Positions 46,360 to 58,750 of a stretch of DNA of 64,000 nt are shown here, piece by piece. Within the stretch, counting starts at the first letter, position 1, and each line of letters starts with the position of its first letter. Location: assembly GCA_965223005.1 (NCBI GenBank), contig CBDCVK010000005.1:160001-224000 (forward strand), read 5' to 3'. The stretch comes from Terriglobia bacterium. Its GTDB lineage: Bacteria; Acidobacteriota; Terriglobia; JAJPHL01; JAPKYU01. A program made the position numbers and the translations under genes. The notes below the pieces were generated by a model. It was not told the origin of the DNA and made no database searches. It saw only the letters and a list, made by a program, of their open reading frames with translations.

Positions 46360-47040
46360 ATGGTGATTACTATTGATGGGCCGGCCGGAGCGGGAAAAAG
46401 CACTGTCTCCCGGTTGGTGGCGGAGCGACTCGGATACCCTTACATCGAGACTGGCGCCATGTACCGGGCCGTGGCTCTGCTGGCGCTACGCCGCAGCGTC
46501 TCCACAACTGACCCGGAGGGCGTGGCGGCACTGGCCCGCCAGGCTTCGTTCCGCTTTGTCCCCTCGCCTAAAGGGAATCGTCTGCTGGTGGGCGAGGAAG
46601 ACGTCACCGAGGCGGTACGCGCCCCCGAAGTGACCCAGACGGCCTCCGTCGTCTCCACCGTGGCGGGCGTCCGGCAGGCGCTGGTCGAGCAGCAGCGCAA
46701 GCTCGGCCAGCAGGGCAACGTTGTCATGGAAGGCCGCGACATCGGCACGGTGGTGTTCCCCGCCGCTGAGGTGAAGATATTCCTGGACGCCGCCCCGGAG
46801 GTGCGGGGCCAGCGGCGCCTCATGCAAACTGAACCGCGCTCTGGCGAACAAAACCGTCTGGAGGAAACCGTAGCTGAAATCAGCGCGCGGGACCAGCGCG
46901 ATCGCGAGCGCTCCCTTTCGCCCCTGCATCAGGCTGCCGATGCCGTCTACCTCGACACCTCTTCACTCTCGCTGGAGGATGTGGTGGAAACCATTCTGCG
47001 CCTGGTCCGCCAGCGCACCGCCAACTCGTCGCAGCGCTGA
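46360..47040 (+). CDS. cmk: Cytidylate kinase
   Basis: IDGPAGAGKST, TGAMYRA, MEGRDIGTVVFP. Confidence 0.96.
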   Translation: MVITIDGPAGAGKSTVSRLVAERLGYPYIETGAMYRAVALLALRRSVSTTDPEGVAALARQASFRFVPSPKGNRLLVGEEDVTEAVRAPEVTQTASVVSTVAGVRQALVEQQRKLGQQGNVVMEGRDIGTVVFPAAEVKIFLDAAPEVRGQRRLMQTEPRSGEQNRLEETVAEISARDQRDRERSLSPLHQAADAVYLDTSSLSLEDVVETILRLVRQRTANSSQR

Positions 47041-47061
47041 AACTGTCCACCAACAGGGAAT

Positions 47062-47112
47062 TTGACTGAAGCCCCAGGCCCAGTTATATTGAATTGGCTA
47101 TATTGAATTGGC
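47062..47112 (+). promoter_or_regulatory. Sigma70 promoter upstream of tig with a duplicated 14-mer over the -10 element
   Basis: TTGACT-17-TATATT; TATATTGAATTGGC x2 (47085-47112). Confidence 0.7.
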
Positions 47113-47234
47113 AGTCGAAGCACTTGGCCCAGGCACTTGCCCGAGCGTTTGAGGGCTCAGCCAAGCTCGCTCTGCTCGCTGAGAGAATCCTTCGCGGCTC
47201 CTGGTGGGCAGACGGCGTGACATAGTTTCCTTTC

Positions 47235-48611
47235 ATGAGCAACAGCGAAACGACAAACTGCAAGCGCGAACTGGCCATCGAGGTACCGGCCGAAGAGGTG
47301 CAGAAGGAGGCCGCGCGGGGCGCGCGCGACCTGCAGCGGCGGGCCCGCTTGCCTGGCTTCCGGCCTGGGAAGGCTCCGCTGAGCCTGATCCAGCAGCGGT
47401 TTCGCGAAGAAATCCGGGAGGAGGTGTTGCGCGCGCTGGTTCCCGAGTACGTCCGGCGCCGGATGCAGGAAGAAAACCTGGAGCCAGTCGCCTCCCCTCA
47501 GATTGAAGAGGTTTCCCTGGAGACGGAGGCCCAACAGCCCCTTCGGTTCAAAGCCATATTCGAGGTAATTCCTCCCTTTGACCTGAGCGACTACACCGAA
47601 CTGGAAGTGGAAGTTGTGGAGCCAGCCGTCTCGGAGGAGCAGGTTGAGGCCAGTCTCAAACAGTTGCAGGAACAGCAGGCGGTCTTTGCCGCAGTGGAGG
47701 ATCGTCCGCTCGAAGATGGGGATTTTGCCGTGATGTCCCTGACAGGAAAGCCCCAGGCCGAAAAAACCCCGGCCGGAAAGACCCCGGAGGGTCAAGAGCC
47801 AAGCAGGGGCCAGCCTGCGGGCGCCGGGCCGGTGAAACTGGAAGAGGCGCTGTGTGAAATCGGCGGCTCCGATACTCTTCCGGCCTTCAGCGAGCACCTT
47901 CGGGGCGCTCGGCCAGGCGAGGAGCGCTCCTTCCCGGTCAGCTACCCGGAAGATTTCAACGACCAGCGCCTGGCTGGCCGCACCGTGCTCTACACCGCGC
48001 GGGTGAATGCGATTAAACAGAAACAGACTCCCGAACTCAACGATGAGTTCGCCCGTGATCTGGGCCGCTTTACAACCTTGGAGGAAGTCCGGGCCAGCAT
48101 CCGGCAAAACCTGCTCGAGCAGGAACGACAGCGGGCCGATCAGCAGGCCAAGGAACAGATGATTGACCGGCTGGTGGAGCGGCACGACTTCCCGGTGCCC
48201 GAATTTCTGGTGGACAGACAGGTCCAGGCACGCTTGGAGCGATCCGTGCGCCAGTTGGCGGCGCAGGGCGTGGATCCGGCGCGCCTGGATCTGGATTGGG
48301 CGCGCCTCCGCTCCTCACACCTGGAGGGCGCGCGGCGAGACGTCCGGGCCGGGCTGCTTCTGGAGCGCATCGCAGAACGGGAGGAGATCCAAGTCAGTGA
48401 GGAAGAGCTGAGGCAGGAAACTGAGAACCTGGCACAGCAGGCAGCGCGAGGCGGCAACACTGCGGTGACACGCGCTCGCTTGACAAGGCCGGAGGTGGCG
48501 GATAAGATCAAGAGTAGGCTGCGCAACGACAAAACTCTGGATTTGCTGTACCGGAAAGCCAGGAAAATTGCCGGGCACGCCGGCGAGGAAGTAAGACCCC
48601 AAACTGAATGA
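47235..48611 (+). CDS. tig: Trigger factor
   Basis: PGFRPGKAP signature, FKBP domain, ELNDEFA. Confidence 0.95.
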   Translation: MSNSETTNCKRELAIEVPAEEVQKEAARGARDLQRRARLPGFRPGKAPLSLIQQRFREEIREEVLRALVPEYVRRRMQEENLEPVASPQIEEVSLETEAQQPLRFKAIFEVIPPFDLSDYTELEVEVVEPAVSEEQVEASLKQLQEQQAVFAAVEDRPLEDGDFAVMSLTGKPQAEKTPAGKTPEGQEPSRGQPAGAGPVKLEEALCEIGGSDTLPAFSEHLRGARPGEERSFPVSYPEDFNDQRLAGRTVLYTARVNAIKQKQTPELNDEFARDLGRFTTLEEVRASIRQNLLEQERQRADQQAKEQMIDRLVERHDFPVPEFLVDRQVQARLERSVRQLAAQGVDPARLDLDWARLRSSHLEGARRDVRAGLLLERIAEREEIQVSEEELRQETENLAQQAARGGNTAVTRARLTRPEVADKIKSRLRNDKTLDLLYRKARKIAGHAGEEVRPQTE

Positions 48612-49222
48612 ATCGGCCGCGCTTCCCGCAATTTCGCTCCGCACTGATCCCCATGGTCGTAGAGCAGACCAGCCGGGGAGAGCGCGCCTACGACATTTAT
48701 TCCCGCCTGCTTCGAGACAACATTATTTTTATTGGCACCCCGATTGACGACAACATCGCCAACGTGGTCACGGCCCAGTTGCTGTTTCTGGAAGCCAACG
48801 ATCCGGAAAGGGATATCTCTCTTTATATCAACAGCCCGGGCGGTTCCATCACAGCCGGAATGGCCATTTACGACACGATGCAGTTCATCCGGCCCGACGT
48901 GAGCACCATCTGCATCGGCCAGGCTGCCTCGATGGCGGCTCTGATGCTGGCAGCTGGCACTAAGGGCAAGCGGTTTGTCCTGCCCAACTCGCGCGTTCTG
49001 ATCCACCAGCCTTCCGGTGGGCTCTCGGGCCAGGCCACTGACATTGACATCCAGGCGCGGGAAATCCTGCGCTGGCGCCAGATTACGAACGAGCTGCTGG
49101 CTCTCCACACCGGCCAGGAGGTGGAGAAGATCGAGCGTGATGTCGACCGCGACTTCATCATGAACTCCTCGCAGGCTAAAGATTACGGGCTGATTGACGA
49201 AATCATCTTTAAGAACCGCTAA
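48608..49222 (+). CDS. clpP: ATP-dependent Clp protease proteolytic subunit
   Basis: [26 protein letters not shown]. Confidence 0.97.
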   Translation: MNRPRFPQFRSALIPMVVEQTSRGERAYDIYSRLLRDNIIFIGTPIDDNIANVVTAQLLFLEANDPERDISLYINSPGGSITAGMAIYDTMQFIRPDVSTICIGQAASMAALMLAAGTKGKRFVLPNSRVLIHQPSGGLSGQATDIDIQAREILRWRQITNELLALHTGQEVEKIERDVDRDFIMNSSQAKDYGLIDEIIFKNR

Positions 49223-49408
49223 GCTCTGGGAGCAGCGGCAGGGTCGGAACGGGCTGGCCCTCCCGGCTAGGCGGTGGTCCTCCCGGATGAAGCAGCGATG
49301 AGCGACGATGAAGCAACCGGCGGCAGAGGAGAGTTCCAAGTTCGTCAACCTCTGGGTTGGTCCTCTAATGGGAGCAAAGGAGCTATACCCTCTGGTAGGA
49401 TTTCCGAG

Positions 49409-49487
49409 GCCGGTAGTATAGTGGGCCAGTAGTTCAGTGAGCCGGTAGTCAGTGAGCCGGTAGTATAGTGAGCCGGTAGTATAGTGG
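49409..49487. repeat. Five tandem ~16-bp repeats between clpP and clpX
   Basis: Consensus GCCGGTAGTATAGTGA; units start at 49409, 49425, 49441 (15 bp), 49456 and 49472. Confidence 0.9.
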
Positions 49488-49520
49488 GAAGTTGGCCGGC
49501 GAGGGACACAAGGAGCGGCT

Positions 49521-50789
49521 GTGGTCAAACGCAGCGGATCAGACGAGATTTCAAGATGTTCGTTCTGCCACAAGACCCAGGACGTGGTGGGTAAGCTCAT
49601 TTCTTCGCCCAGCGACTACTCACGGTCCTACATTTGCGATGAATGCGTGACGGTCTGCAACTCGATTCTGGAGGACGACCACGGCGAGTCGTCAGCGGGC
49701 CGGCTGCAGCAACTCCCCAAGCCCGAGGAGGTCAAGGAATTCCTGGACCAGTACGTGATCGGCCAGGAGAAGACCAAAAAGAAACTGGCCGTCGCCGTCT
49801 ACAACCACTACAAGCGAATCCAGCTGGCGCGGCAGCGGCACAGCGATGTGGAGCTGACCAAATCCAACATCCTGTTGATCGGCCCCACCGGTACGGGCAA
49901 GACCCTGCTGGCGCAGACCCTGGCCCGTCTGCTCGAGGTGCCCTTCGCCATCGTCGACGCCACCACCTTGACCGAGGCCGGCTATGTGGGCGAGGACGTG
50001 GAAAACATCCTGCTCCGCCTGCTGCAGAACGCCGAAGGCGACGTGGCCCGCGCGCAGCAGGGCATCATCTACATTGACGAAGTGGACAAGATCTGCCGCA
50101 AGGACGAGAATCCTTCGATCACTCGTGACGTCTCCGGCGAAGGGGTGCAGCAGGCCCTGCTGAAGATCTTGGAAGGGACGGTCTCCAATGTCCCACCGCA
50201 GGGCGGCCGCAAGCACCCGCACCAGGAATTCACCCAGGTGGATACCACCAATATCCTGTTCATTTCCGGCGGGGCGTTCGTCGGCTTGGAAAAAGTTATC
50301 GCCCACCGCACGGGGAATAAGGCAATGGGATTCCGGGCCGAAGCGGGGCCGACGGCGGTCACCGCCAGCGGGCGCCGGGAAATCGAGCTACTGGAACAGT
50401 TGCAGCCGGTGGACCTGATCAAATATGGGCTGATCCCGGAGTTCGTTGGCCGCGTCTCGGTGATTGGCGTGCTGCAGGAACTGGACAAGCAGTCGCTAGT
50501 GGAGATCCTGGTCCGCCCCAAAAACGCCATTGTCCGCCAGTACCAGAAGCTATTCGAATATGAGAACGTGCGACTCAAGTTCACCACTGAGGCGCTGGAA
50601 GCCATCGCCGATTTGGCCCAGACCCGGCGAGTCGGCGCCCGCGGCCTGCGGATGATCCTGGAAGACCTGATGCTGGAGGTCATGTACCACCTGCCGTCGT
50701 ACCGGAAGGTGCGCGAGTTTACGGTGACCAAGGAAATGGTGGAATCTCAGCAGATAAATATGTCAAACTATATGGAGAAGGCGGGGTAG
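49521..50789 (+). CDS. clpX: ATP-dependent Clp protease ATP-binding subunit
   Basis: CSFC...ICDEC zinc finger, [21 protein letters not shown]. Confidence 0.97.
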   Translation: MVKRSGSDEISRCSFCHKTQDVVGKLISSPSDYSRSYICDECVTVCNSILEDDHGESSAGRLQQLPKPEEVKEFLDQYVIGQEKTKKKLAVAVYNHYKRIQLARQRHSDVELTKSNILLIGPTGTGKTLLAQTLARLLEVPFAIVDATTLTEAGYVGEDVENILLRLLQNAEGDVARAQQGIIYIDEVDKICRKDENPSITRDVSGEGVQQALLKILEGTVSNVPPQGGRKHPHQEFTQVDTTNILFISGGAFVGLEKVIAHRTGNKAMGFRAEAGPTAVTASGRREIELLEQLQPVDLIKYGLIPEFVGRVSVIGVLQELDKQSLVEILVRPKNAIVRQYQKLFEYENVRLKFTTEALEAIADLAQTRRVGARGLRMILEDLMLEVMYHLPSYRKVREFTVTKEMVESQQINMSNYMEKAG

Positions 50790-50871
50790 AGTTTGCGTCC
50801 CCGGCCCGCTGGGGTCGCCCACGAGCACGATTGAGGGGCGACACGGGCTTGGGACGAGCCCGATTATACCT

Positions 50872-53283
50872 ATGGCAACAGTGCGCGAAAAAGTGGAAAC
50901 CCGGCGGCTGCCGATGATGCCCATCCGGGACGTGGTCATGTTCCCGCACATGATGACCCCGTTCGTGGTGGGCCGCGAAAGCTCCATTCGCGCCCTGGAA
51001 GAAGCGCTGGCCGCGGACAAGAAAATCTTCCTGGCTACGCAGCACGACGCTTCGGTGGAAGAGCCCAAGCCCAACGAGATTTACCAGGTGGGCACGGTGG
51101 CCAACATCGTGCAAAGCGTGAAGCTGCCGGACGGCAACATCAAGGTTCTGGTGGAAGGTCAGGAGCGCGCCCGGGTGGTCAGCCTCAGCGACGAAGAGGG
51201 CTTCTTCCGCGCCATCGCCCGCACCGTTACTTATCGTACTGAGCAGAGTCCGCAGGTGGAGACACTGACCCAGCGCGTCACGGCGCTTTTCGAGCAATAC
51301 GTCAAGCTCAGCCAGAACCTGAATTACGAGACGATGATCGCCGCCGTCCGGGTGGACGACGCTGGCAAACTGGCCGATACCATCGCCGCCAACCTGCAAC
51401 TGGCTATCGAGGAGAAGCAGGAACTGCTGGAGATTCTTGATCCGCTGGATCGGCTGCAGCGGATTGGTGACGTGCTCGACCTCGAGATCGAGAAGCTCAA
51501 CGTGGACCGCAGCATCCAGGGTCGGGTCAAGCGCCAGATGGAACGGGCCCAGAAAGAGTATTACCTGAACGAAAAGATCAAGGCCATTCAGAAGGAGCTG
51601 GGACGCGGCGAGAAGAGCGAACTGGACGAGCTGAAGAAGAAAATCGACGAAGCCGGCATGACCAAGGAAGCTCACGAGAAGGCCATCCAGGAGCTGAAAA
51701 AACTGGAGCTGATGCCGCCCATGTCGGCCGAATCCACCGTCAGTCGCAACTACCTGGATTGGCTGCTGGCTGTCCCCTGGAAAAAGAAAACCAAAGAGAT
51801 CCGGGACATGGCCCGTGCCGAGCACGTCCTGGAAAAAGATCATTATGGACTGGAGAAGATCAAGGAGCGCATCCTGGAGTTTCTGGCGGTGCGCCGCCTG
51901 GTGAAGAACCCGCGCGGCTCGATCCTGTGCTTTGTGGGACCGCCCGGAGTGGGCAAGACCTCGCTAGGCATGTCCATCGCCCGCGCCACCGGGCGCAAAT
52001 TCGTGCGCCTCTCGCTGGGCGGCGTTCGCGACGAGGCCGAAATTCGTGGGCATCGCCGCACCTACATCGGCGCGCTGCCCGGCCAGATCCTTCAGATGAT
52101 GAAGAAGGCCGGAACCCGCAACCCGGTCTTCATGCTGGACGAAGTGGACAAGATGAGCATGGACTTCCGCGGCGATCCTTCGGCGGCGCTGCTGGAGGTG
52201 CTCGATCCGGAACAGAATTACATGTTCATGGATCACTACCTGGACGTAGAGTACAATCTCAGCCAGGTCTTCTTCATCACGACCGCAAACGTCCTGCACA
52301 CAATTCCTCCCGCGCTTCAGGACCGCATGGAAGTCATCCGCCTGGTGGGCTATACCGAGCCGGAAAAAGTCGAGATCGCCAAGCGATTCCTGGTCAAGAA
52401 GCAGCGCGAGGCCACCGGGTTAAGCGAACAAAACCTGGGGTTCGTTGACGAATCGCTCTCCAGCATCATTCAGCACTACACGCGCGAGGCCGGCGTGCGC
52501 AACCTGGAACGAGAAATCGCCAACGTCTGCCGCAAGGTGGCGCGCAAGGTGCTCAAGGAAGGGCGGAACATCCGTATTGAGACCAGTCCGGAAGACCTGA
52601 AGGAATACCTGGGCGTCATCAAGTTCCGAGACACTCGGGCCGAAGAGAAGAACGAGGTAGGGCTGGCAATGGGACTGGCCTGGACAGAGGTCGGGGGGCA
52701 AATCCTGTCCACTGAAGTCACCTTGATGGAGGGCAAGGGGAAGCTGACGCTGACCGGCAAGCTGGGCGACGTGATGCAGGAATCGGCTCAGGCCGCCATG
52801 AGCTATATGCGATCGCGCAGCGCCCAACTGGGCCTGGAGAACGACTTTTATCGCCACCGGGACTTCCACGTCCACGTGCCGGAGGGCGCCATTCCCAAGG
52901 ATGGGCCCTCGGCCGGCATTACCATCGCAGTGGCTATTGCCAGCGCGCTCACCCGCATCGCCGTTCGCCGCGGCGTAGCCATGACCGGAGAAATCACGCT
53001 GCGCGGCAAAGTACTGCCCATCGGCGGTCTCAAGGAGAAGTTGCTGGCTGCCCACCGCACGGGGCTCTTCGAGGTCATCATCCCGAAAGACAATGAAAAA
53101 GATCTGGCCGATGCTCCGGCCAACATCCTCGAGGTAATGAAAATCCACGCCGTGGAAACCATGGACGAAGTTCTGCAGGTCGCACTGGAACGACCCCTGG
53201 TCGGGACGCCTGCCGAGTCGCCGATTCCGGCGGCCCCCGACTTTCAACCCACGGTGCCTGAACAGGACCGGATCACGCAATAG
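50872..53283 (+). CDS. lon: Lon protease
   Basis: [29 protein letters not shown]. Confidence 0.97.
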   Translation: MATVREKVETRRLPMMPIRDVVMFPHMMTPFVVGRESSIRALEEALAADKKIFLATQHDASVEEPKPNEIYQVGTVANIVQSVKLPDGNIKVLVEGQERARVVSLSDEEGFFRAIARTVTYRTEQSPQVETLTQRVTALFEQYVKLSQNLNYETMIAAVRVDDAGKLADTIAANLQLAIEEKQELLEILDPLDRLQRIGDVLDLEIEKLNVDRSIQGRVKRQMERAQKEYYLNEKIKAIQKELGRGEKSELDELKKKIDEAGMTKEAHEKAIQELKKLELMPPMSAESTVSRNYLDWLLAVPWKKKTKEIRDMARAEHVLEKDHYGLEKIKERILEFLAVRRLVKNPRGSILCFVGPPGVGKTSLGMSIARATGRKFVRLSLGGVRDEAEIRGHRRTYIGALPGQILQMMKKAGTRNPVFMLDEVDKMSMDFRGDPSAALLEVLDPEQNYMFMDHYLDVEYNLSQVFFITTANVLHTIPPALQDRMEVIRLVGYTEPEKVEIAKRFLVKKQREATGLSEQNLGFVDESLSSIIQHYTREAGVRNLEREIANVCRKVARKVLKEGRNIRIETSPEDLKEYLGVIKFRDTRAEEKNEVGLAMGLAWTEVGGQILSTEVTLMEGKGKLTLTGKLGDVMQESAQAAMSYMRSRSAQLGLENDFYRHRDFHVHVPEGAIPKDGPSAGITIAVAIASALTRIAVRRGVAMTGEITLRGKVLPIGGLKEKLLAAHRTGLFEVIIPKDNEKDLADAPANILEVMKIHAVETMDEVLQVALERPLVGTPAESPIPAAPDFQPTVPEQDRITQ

Positions 53284-53434
53284 GACTCCGAGCCGTCATC
53301 AGGAGGCATCGCACGGCGCAACCGCGCTCTGCAAATTCCGGCGCCGACCCGGCGTCGCAGGCTGGTTCCCCCGAAGACCCGAGCCGCTTCACCAGTGGAG
53401 GACAGGCCACGGTCGGGGGTGCATCCAATAGCTT

Positions 53435-54685
53435 ATGAACCTCACGCAACTAAAGGAATTGAACATCGGCCGGCTGACCCAGTTGGCCAAAGACCACAAC
53501 GTCGCCGGCGCATCCGGCATGCGCAAGCAGGACCTGATCTTCCGCCTCCTGCAGGCGGAGGCGGAGAAAAACGGCCTGGTGTTTTCCGAAGGGGTGCTGG
53601 AGACGCTGCCCGATGGCTTCGGCTTTCTCCGCAGCCCCGACTACAACTACTTGCCCAGCCCGGATGACGTCTACGTTTCGCCCTCGCAGATTCGCCGCTT
53701 TGACCTGCACACCGGCGACACCGTCAGCGGCCAGGTCCGCCCCCCGAAGGAGGCGGAAAAGTACTTTGCCTTGGTGAAGATCGAGGCGGTCAACTTCGAG
53801 TCGCCCGAAGAGGCCCGCAACAAGATCTTCTTCGACAACCTGACCCCGCTGTATCCCAACGAGCAGGTCAAGCTGGAAACCACGCGGGAGAACCTCTCCT
53901 CGCGGGTGATGGACTTGCTGACCCCGCTGGGCAAGGGCCAGCGCGGGTTGATCGTCTCGCCGCCCCGCACCGGCAAGACCATGCTGCTGCAGTCGATCGC
54001 CAACTCCATCACCACCAACCATCCCGAGATCACCCTGATCGTGCTGTTGATTGACGAGCGGCCTGAGGAGGTCACCGACATGCAGCGCTCGGTCAAGGGC
54101 GAGGTCATCAGCTCGACCTTTGATGAGCCCGCCACTCGCCACGTGCAGGTGACCGAGATGGTGATGGAGAAGGCCAAGCGGCTGGTGGAGCACAAGCGCG
54201 ACGTGGTGATCCTGCTGGACTCCATCACCCGGCTGGCCCGCGCCTACAACACCATCGTGCCCCCCTCGGGCAAGGTGCTGTCGGGCGGCGTGGATTCCAA
54301 CGCTCTACAGCGCCCCAAGCGCTTCTTCGGCGCGGCCCGCAACATCGAGGAGGGTGGCTCGCTGACTATCATCGCCACCTCCCTGATTGACACCGGCAGC
54401 CGCATGGACGACGTCATCTTTGAGGAGTTCAAGGGGACCGGCAACATGGAAGTGAACCTGGAGCGCAAGCTGGTGGACAAGCGCGTCTTCCCGGCCATCG
54501 ACATCAACAAGAGCGGCACCCGCAAGGAGGAGCTGCTGCTTTCTAAGGACGATCTGAACCGGGTCTGGGTGCTGCGCAAGGTGCTCAACCCCTTGTCGCC
54601 GGTCGAGGCCATGGAACTGCTGCTGGACAAAATGGCCCGCACCAAATCCAACGCCGAGTTCCTCAAGTCCATGAACGTCGGCTAG
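53435..54685 (+). CDS. rho: Transcription termination factor Rho
   Basis: [35 protein letters not shown]. Confidence 0.97.
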   Translation: MNLTQLKELNIGRLTQLAKDHNVAGASGMRKQDLIFRLLQAEAEKNGLVFSEGVLETLPDGFGFLRSPDYNYLPSPDDVYVSPSQIRRFDLHTGDTVSGQVRPPKEAEKYFALVKIEAVNFESPEEARNKIFFDNLTPLYPNEQVKLETTRENLSSRVMDLLTPLGKGQRGLIVSPPRTGKTMLLQSIANSITTNHPEITLIVLLIDERPEEVTDMQRSVKGEVISSTFDEPATRHVQVTEMVMEKAKRLVEHKRDVVILLDSITRLARAYNTIVPPSGKVLSGGVDSNALQRPKRFFGAARNIEEGGSLTIIATSLIDTGSRMDDVIFEEFKGTGNMEVNLERKLVDKRVFPAIDINKSGTRKEELLLSKDDLNRVWVLRKVLNPLSPVEAMELLLDKMARTKSNAEFLKSMNVG

Positions 54686-54815
54686 CCTTTTTGCCGAGTG
54701 GTCTGGTGTTCTCGGCCATGAATTTCCCGCCCGCGCTTTCTTCATTTCAGAGTGGGATTTGGCAGGCGTGATGCCAACCAGGCCGGGTGATAAAATAGCC
54801 GCTGGCTGAACAGCC

Positions 54816-56783
54816 TTGCTCGTGGGACCCTCCTCGACATCGAAGACGACCCACCCCTGGCACCTTTCCTCGGTAAAGACCTCCCGGCTGCTGGTGGCCG
54901 TCGCCACGCTGGCGGTGATCCTCTACCTCAACGTTCTTCCTAATACCTTCATTCTTGACGACTGGCAGCAGGTGGTGGAAAACCCGTTTCTTCGACGGTC
55001 CGACGGCTTGCGGAAGATTTTCACCACCGGCGTGCTGGAGTTCATGGGGCCAGTGGCGGTGAGCAACTTCTACCGGCCGCTGATGCACAGCGCCTTTTAC
55101 CTGATGTTTCGGATCTCCGGGCTCAACCCCGCCGGCTACCACACACTTTCGATCCTGTTACACGCGGCTATTTGCCTGCTGGTCTACGCCGTGATTGCTC
55201 GGCTCTCAGGCCGCCGCCTCACAGCCGTTGTCGCAGCCCTATTGTTTGCCGCACACCCGGTGCACACCGAAGCGGTAGCCTGGATCTCCGCTTACCCGGA
55301 ACTACTGTGTGCTTTCTTAACCCTGCTGGTCCTCTGGCTGTATTTGCGTGCCGAACAGGCGCAGGGCAGAGCACGCCTGGCCCTTCTCGTCCTGACCGGG
55401 CCGGTTTTCCTGCTAGCTCTGCTGGCCAAGGAGATCGCGGTCGCAGTGCCGCTGCTGCTAGCTTGCTATGAACTGCTGGTGCGCCGCGCGCCTTGGCGCG
55501 TTGCACTGCGGGCCGTCTGGCCGGCCTACGCCTCGTTTGCTGTGGCGGCCGCCGCCTACCTGGCCGCACGCTTGCACGCCCTGAAGGCCTTGATGCCGGC
55601 GGCGCAGGACCCCATTCCTCCCGGTGAGCATCTTTGGACTGCGGTGGGACTCTTCTTTCGCTACTTCTGGGTACAGGTCTGGCCGCTCGAGCTGCATGCC
55701 TTTTACTACCTGGAGCGCAACCGCAGCCCGCTGGAACCAATAGTGCTGGCTGGCCTGGCCACGCTGCTGGCTACTGCTGTACTGGGATGGTGGCTCTACC
55801 GCCGCAGGCACCCAGAAGTCTTGGCGGTGGCCCTGTACCTGCTCCCGCTGGCTCCGGCCTTCCTTCTGCCTTACTCTTCCATCGGCTGGTTGATGGCGGA
55901 GCGCTACCTTTACCTGCCCTCCGTGGGGTTCTGCTGGCTGCTGGCGGCAGGCCTGGTCGCGGCAGCGGACCGCTGGGGATACCGGCCTCTGGGCGCACTG
56001 TTTGCAATTGTGCTGGTCGCCTGCTCGGTGCGTACGGTCCTCCGAAATGGAGATTGGGCCGACGAAGTGGCGTTCTACCGCCGCACTGTCCACGCCTTCT
56101 CAGGCTTCCCGCACGCCTATCTGAACCTCGGCGAGGCTTTGCTGCGACGCGACCGGCTACCGGAAGCGCTGGAGGCTACCCAGGCCGCCGCGCGCTTGTC
56201 ACCCACCTATCCCGACCCACACAACAACCTGGGGCGCATCTACTGGCGCCAGGGGAACGAGGAGGCAGCTATCCATCATTTCCAGCGCGCCGCCACGCTG
56301 GCCGAGCGTCGGAGAAATCGCTTCGTCCAATCGCGCTCCCTGGCCAACCTCGGGGTGCTGTATCGCCAGCAAGGTAGCTTGGAGGAAGCGCTGGCCGCTT
56401 CCCGCCAGGCGCTGGTGGTGGATCCCCACTTCGCCAGTGCCCACAACAACCTCGGGTATGCGCTGTTGGTGCAAGGCCAGCGTGAGGAAGCGATCCACCA
56501 CTTCAACGAGGCCCTGGAACTGGATCCCACGCTGGACGTAGCCCATGTCAACCTGGGCTTGGCCTATGCGGAAGACCAGGAGTGGGAGGCGGCTCTGGCT
56601 CATCTACGCCAGGCCGAGCAGTTGAATCCAAACAGCAGTGAAGTGCACGCCCGCCTGGGCGAGGTCCACTTGGCGCGCGGCGAGTTCGCTCCCGCCCGCC
56701 GCGAGTTTCTCCTGGCCCTGCAATTGGACCCTGGCAACGACCGCGCGCAGGCTGGGCTCCACGCGATTCGGGAGGCACAGTGA
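54816..56783 (+). CDS. TMTC-like GT-C + TPR protein (array copy 1); start uncertain
   Basis: FILDD, FYRP, HPVHTEAVAW, KE, ERYLYLPS, W..E, about 6 TPRs. Confidence 0.8.
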   Translation: MLVGPSSTSKTTHPWHLSSVKTSRLLVAVATLAVILYLNVLPNTFILDDWQQVVENPFLRRSDGLRKIFTTGVLEFMGPVAVSNFYRPLMHSAFYLMFRISGLNPAGYHTLSILLHAAICLLVYAVIARLSGRRLTAVVAALLFAAHPVHTEAVAWISAYPELLCAFLTLLVLWLYLRAEQAQGRARLALLVLTGPVFLLALLAKEIAVAVPLLLACYELLVRRAPWRVALRAVWPAYASFAVAAAAYLAARLHALKALMPAAQDPIPPGEHLWTAVGLFFRYFWVQVWPLELHAFYYLERNRSPLEPIVLAGLATLLATAVLGWWLYRRRHPEVLAVALYLLPLAPAFLLPYSSIGWLMAERYLYLPSVGFCWLLAAGLVAAADRWGYRPLGALFAIVLVACSVRTVLRNGDWADEVAFYRRTVHAFSGFPHAYLNLGEALLRRDRLPEALEATQAAARLSPTYPDPHNNLGRIYWRQGNEEAAIHHFQRAATLAERRRNRFVQSRSLANLGVLYRQQGSLEEALAASRQALVVDPHFASAHNNLGYALLVQGQREEAIHHFNEALELDPTLDVAHVNLGLAYAEDQEWEAALAHLRQAEQLNPNSSEVHARLGEVHLARGEFAPARREFLLALQLDPGNDRAQAGLHAIREAQ

Positions 56784-58750
56784 ATTCTCCATGGGGGCGC
56801 GTCCGCGCCGCGCTCGCATCGCCCGATTCTTCCTGGCCTTGGATCGCCATTGGCGCTCTGGCCACCCTCCCGCACCTGAGCGTCATCCTGAATCCTTTTG
56901 CCTATGATGACTGGAACAGCATTGTCCAAAATCCCTATCTGAGACATCCGCAGGCACTGGGCAAGTTTTTCGGCGGCAGCGTGTGGGACTTCCTCGGCGC
57001 GGCGCACATCATCCTGGGAAACTACTACCGGCCGGTGATGCACAGCTTCCACTATCTCCTGTACCGGTTGTTTGGGCTCAATCCGGCCTGGTTTCACTTG
57101 TTCTGCCTGACGCTGCACGTCGGCGTTAGCCTGCTGGTGGCGGGCGTGGTGCGCCGCCTGTCAGGGTGGCATGCAGTGGGCATGATGGCTGGACTGATGT
57201 TTGCCGTGCATCCGGCGCATACAGAAGTGGTGGCCTGGATCTCCTGCTCGCCTGAGTTGCTCAGCTCCTTGTTTTCTTTGCTGGCTTTTTGGTTGTACTT
57301 GCGCGCCGTCGAGGCCTACGGCCTGCGCCGTGCGTTGCTTACGCTGGCCATGGGAGGGAGCCTGCTGCTGGCTCAGCTCTCGAAAGAAATCGGCGTGCTG
57401 ATGCCGATGGTCATCCTGGCTTATGAATTTCTCGTGCGTCGCCTCAGCTTGCGGACGCTATTGCAGCAACGCTGGCCCGAGTACTCTGCCCTAGGCGCCG
57501 CAACCTTGCTATACCTGGCGATGCGCGTCCATGCCCTGGGTGGGTTGCTTCCGGTTCCGAAGCAGATCGCGGTCCCCTGGACCGAGCAGCTCTGGACCTC
57601 GGTCGCCTTGTTCTATCGCTATCTGGTCTTGCTGCTCTGGCCGATGGATCTGATCTTTTTCCGTTACTACGAGCCGAATCGCAGCCCGCTGGAACCGGCG
57701 GTGGTGGCGGGTTGGCTTTCCCTGGCGGGCTTTGCCGGCCTGGCCGTTTGGCTCTATCGCCGGCGGCTACCTGAAGCGCTGGCTCCGGCGATGTACCTGT
57801 TGCCGCTGCTGCCTGTCTTCCAGCTGCCCTACATCTTCACCGGACTGCTGATGATCGAGAGGGCAGCCTACCTGCCGTCGGTGGCATTCTGCTGGCTGCT
57901 GGCGGCAGGCCTGGTGAAGCTGGCGGAGCGGCGTGGTGTACGCACGGCCACACTGCTGGCCGTACTTGTGCTAGCGGCCTACACCGGCCGCAGCGCGGCC
58001 CGTGTGGACGACTGGCGTGACGAAGTGAATCTGTTCCGAGAGGGGCTGGCGCATGCGCCTGCATCTTTCCACCTTCACCTGAAAGGCGGCGAGGCGCTGC
58101 TGCGCCAGCAGAAGCCACTGGAGGCGGCCGCCGCGTTCCGGGAAGCTCTGCGCTTGCGCCCCGGCCATACCGATATCCATAACAGTCTGGGCCAGGCCTA
58201 CGGGCTGCTTGGACAGCAGGAAACTGCCCTCGTTCACTACCGCTACGCGGCCGAACTGTCCCTGCAGGACAACCGGCCCGATTCCGCCGCCCGTGCGTGG
58301 TACAACATCGGGATCGTCTACCGCTCGCAGGAGCGCAACCGGGAGGCCATCGCTGCCTACCAACAGGCGCTGCAGCTCGACCCGGAATTCGCCGCCGCCC
58401 ACAACAACCTCGGCTTCGCCTTATTGCTGGAGGGAGAAGTGGAGGAGGCAGCGCGGCAACTGCGCGCCGCCATCCAACGCGACCCCACCCTGGGGCAAGC
58501 TCATGCCAACCTCGGGCTGGCCTACGCCATGAGAGGCCAATGGGGGGCAGCACTGGCGACCTTGGCGCAAGCCGAGCGGCTCAGTCCCAACAATCCGGAA
58601 GTGCACGCGCGCATCGGGGAGATTCACCTTGCGCGGGGAGAGGAGCGCGCGGCGCAGCGGCGTTTCTGGCGAGCTCTCCAGCCCCACCCGCAGAACCCGC
58701 GGGCACTGGCCGGCATGGCCGCCCTGCGCGCGCACGAGGCACAGCCGTGA
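56780..58750 (+). CDS. TMTC-like GT-C + TPR protein (array copy 2)
   Basis: FAYDD, YYRP, HPAHTEVVAW, KE, ERAAYLPS, TPRs; GTGA overlap with copy 1. Confidence 0.8.
   Translation: MNSPWGRVRAALASPDSSWPWIAIGALATLPHLSVILNPFAYDDWNSIVQNPYLRHPQALGKFFGGSVWDFLGAAHIILGNYYRPVMHSFHYLLYRLFGLNPAWFHLFCLTLHVGVSLLVAGVVRRLSGWHAVGMMAGLMFAVHPAHTEVVAWISCSPELLSSLFSLLAFWLYLRAVEAYGLRRALLTLAMGGSLLLAQLSKEIGVLMPMVILAYEFLVRRLSLRTLLQQRWPEYSALGAATLLYLAMRVHALGGLLPVPKQIAVPWTEQLWTSVALFYRYLVLLLWPMDLIFFRYYEPNRSPLEPAVVAGWLSLAGFAGLAVWLYRRRLPEALAPAMYLLPLLPVFQLPYIFTGLLMIERAAYLPSVAFCWLLAAGLVKLAERRGVRTATLLAVLVLAAYTGRSAARVDDWRDEVNLFREGLAHAPASFHLHLKGGEALLRQQKPLEAAAAFREALRLRPGHTDIHNSLGQAYGLLGQQETALVHYRYAAELSLQDNRPDSAARAWYNIGIVYRSQERNREAIAAYQQALQLDPEFAAAHNNLGFALLLEGEVEEAARQLRAAIQRDPTLGQAHANLGLAYAMRGQWGAALATLAQAERLSPNNPEVHARIGEIHLARGEERAAQRRFWRALQPHPQNPRALAGMAALRAHEAQP

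Noticed and set aside
49409-49487. Possible CRISPR array
   Set aside because: Units are 15-16 bp and directly adjacent with no spacers; no cas genes in the window.
58297-58746. N-terminal extensions in the ORF track (this one, plus 7735-8073, 24939-25241, 40012-40230 and 44180-44692)
   Set aside because: They overlap genuine neighbouring genes; downstream starts fit RBS, overlap and homology patterns better.
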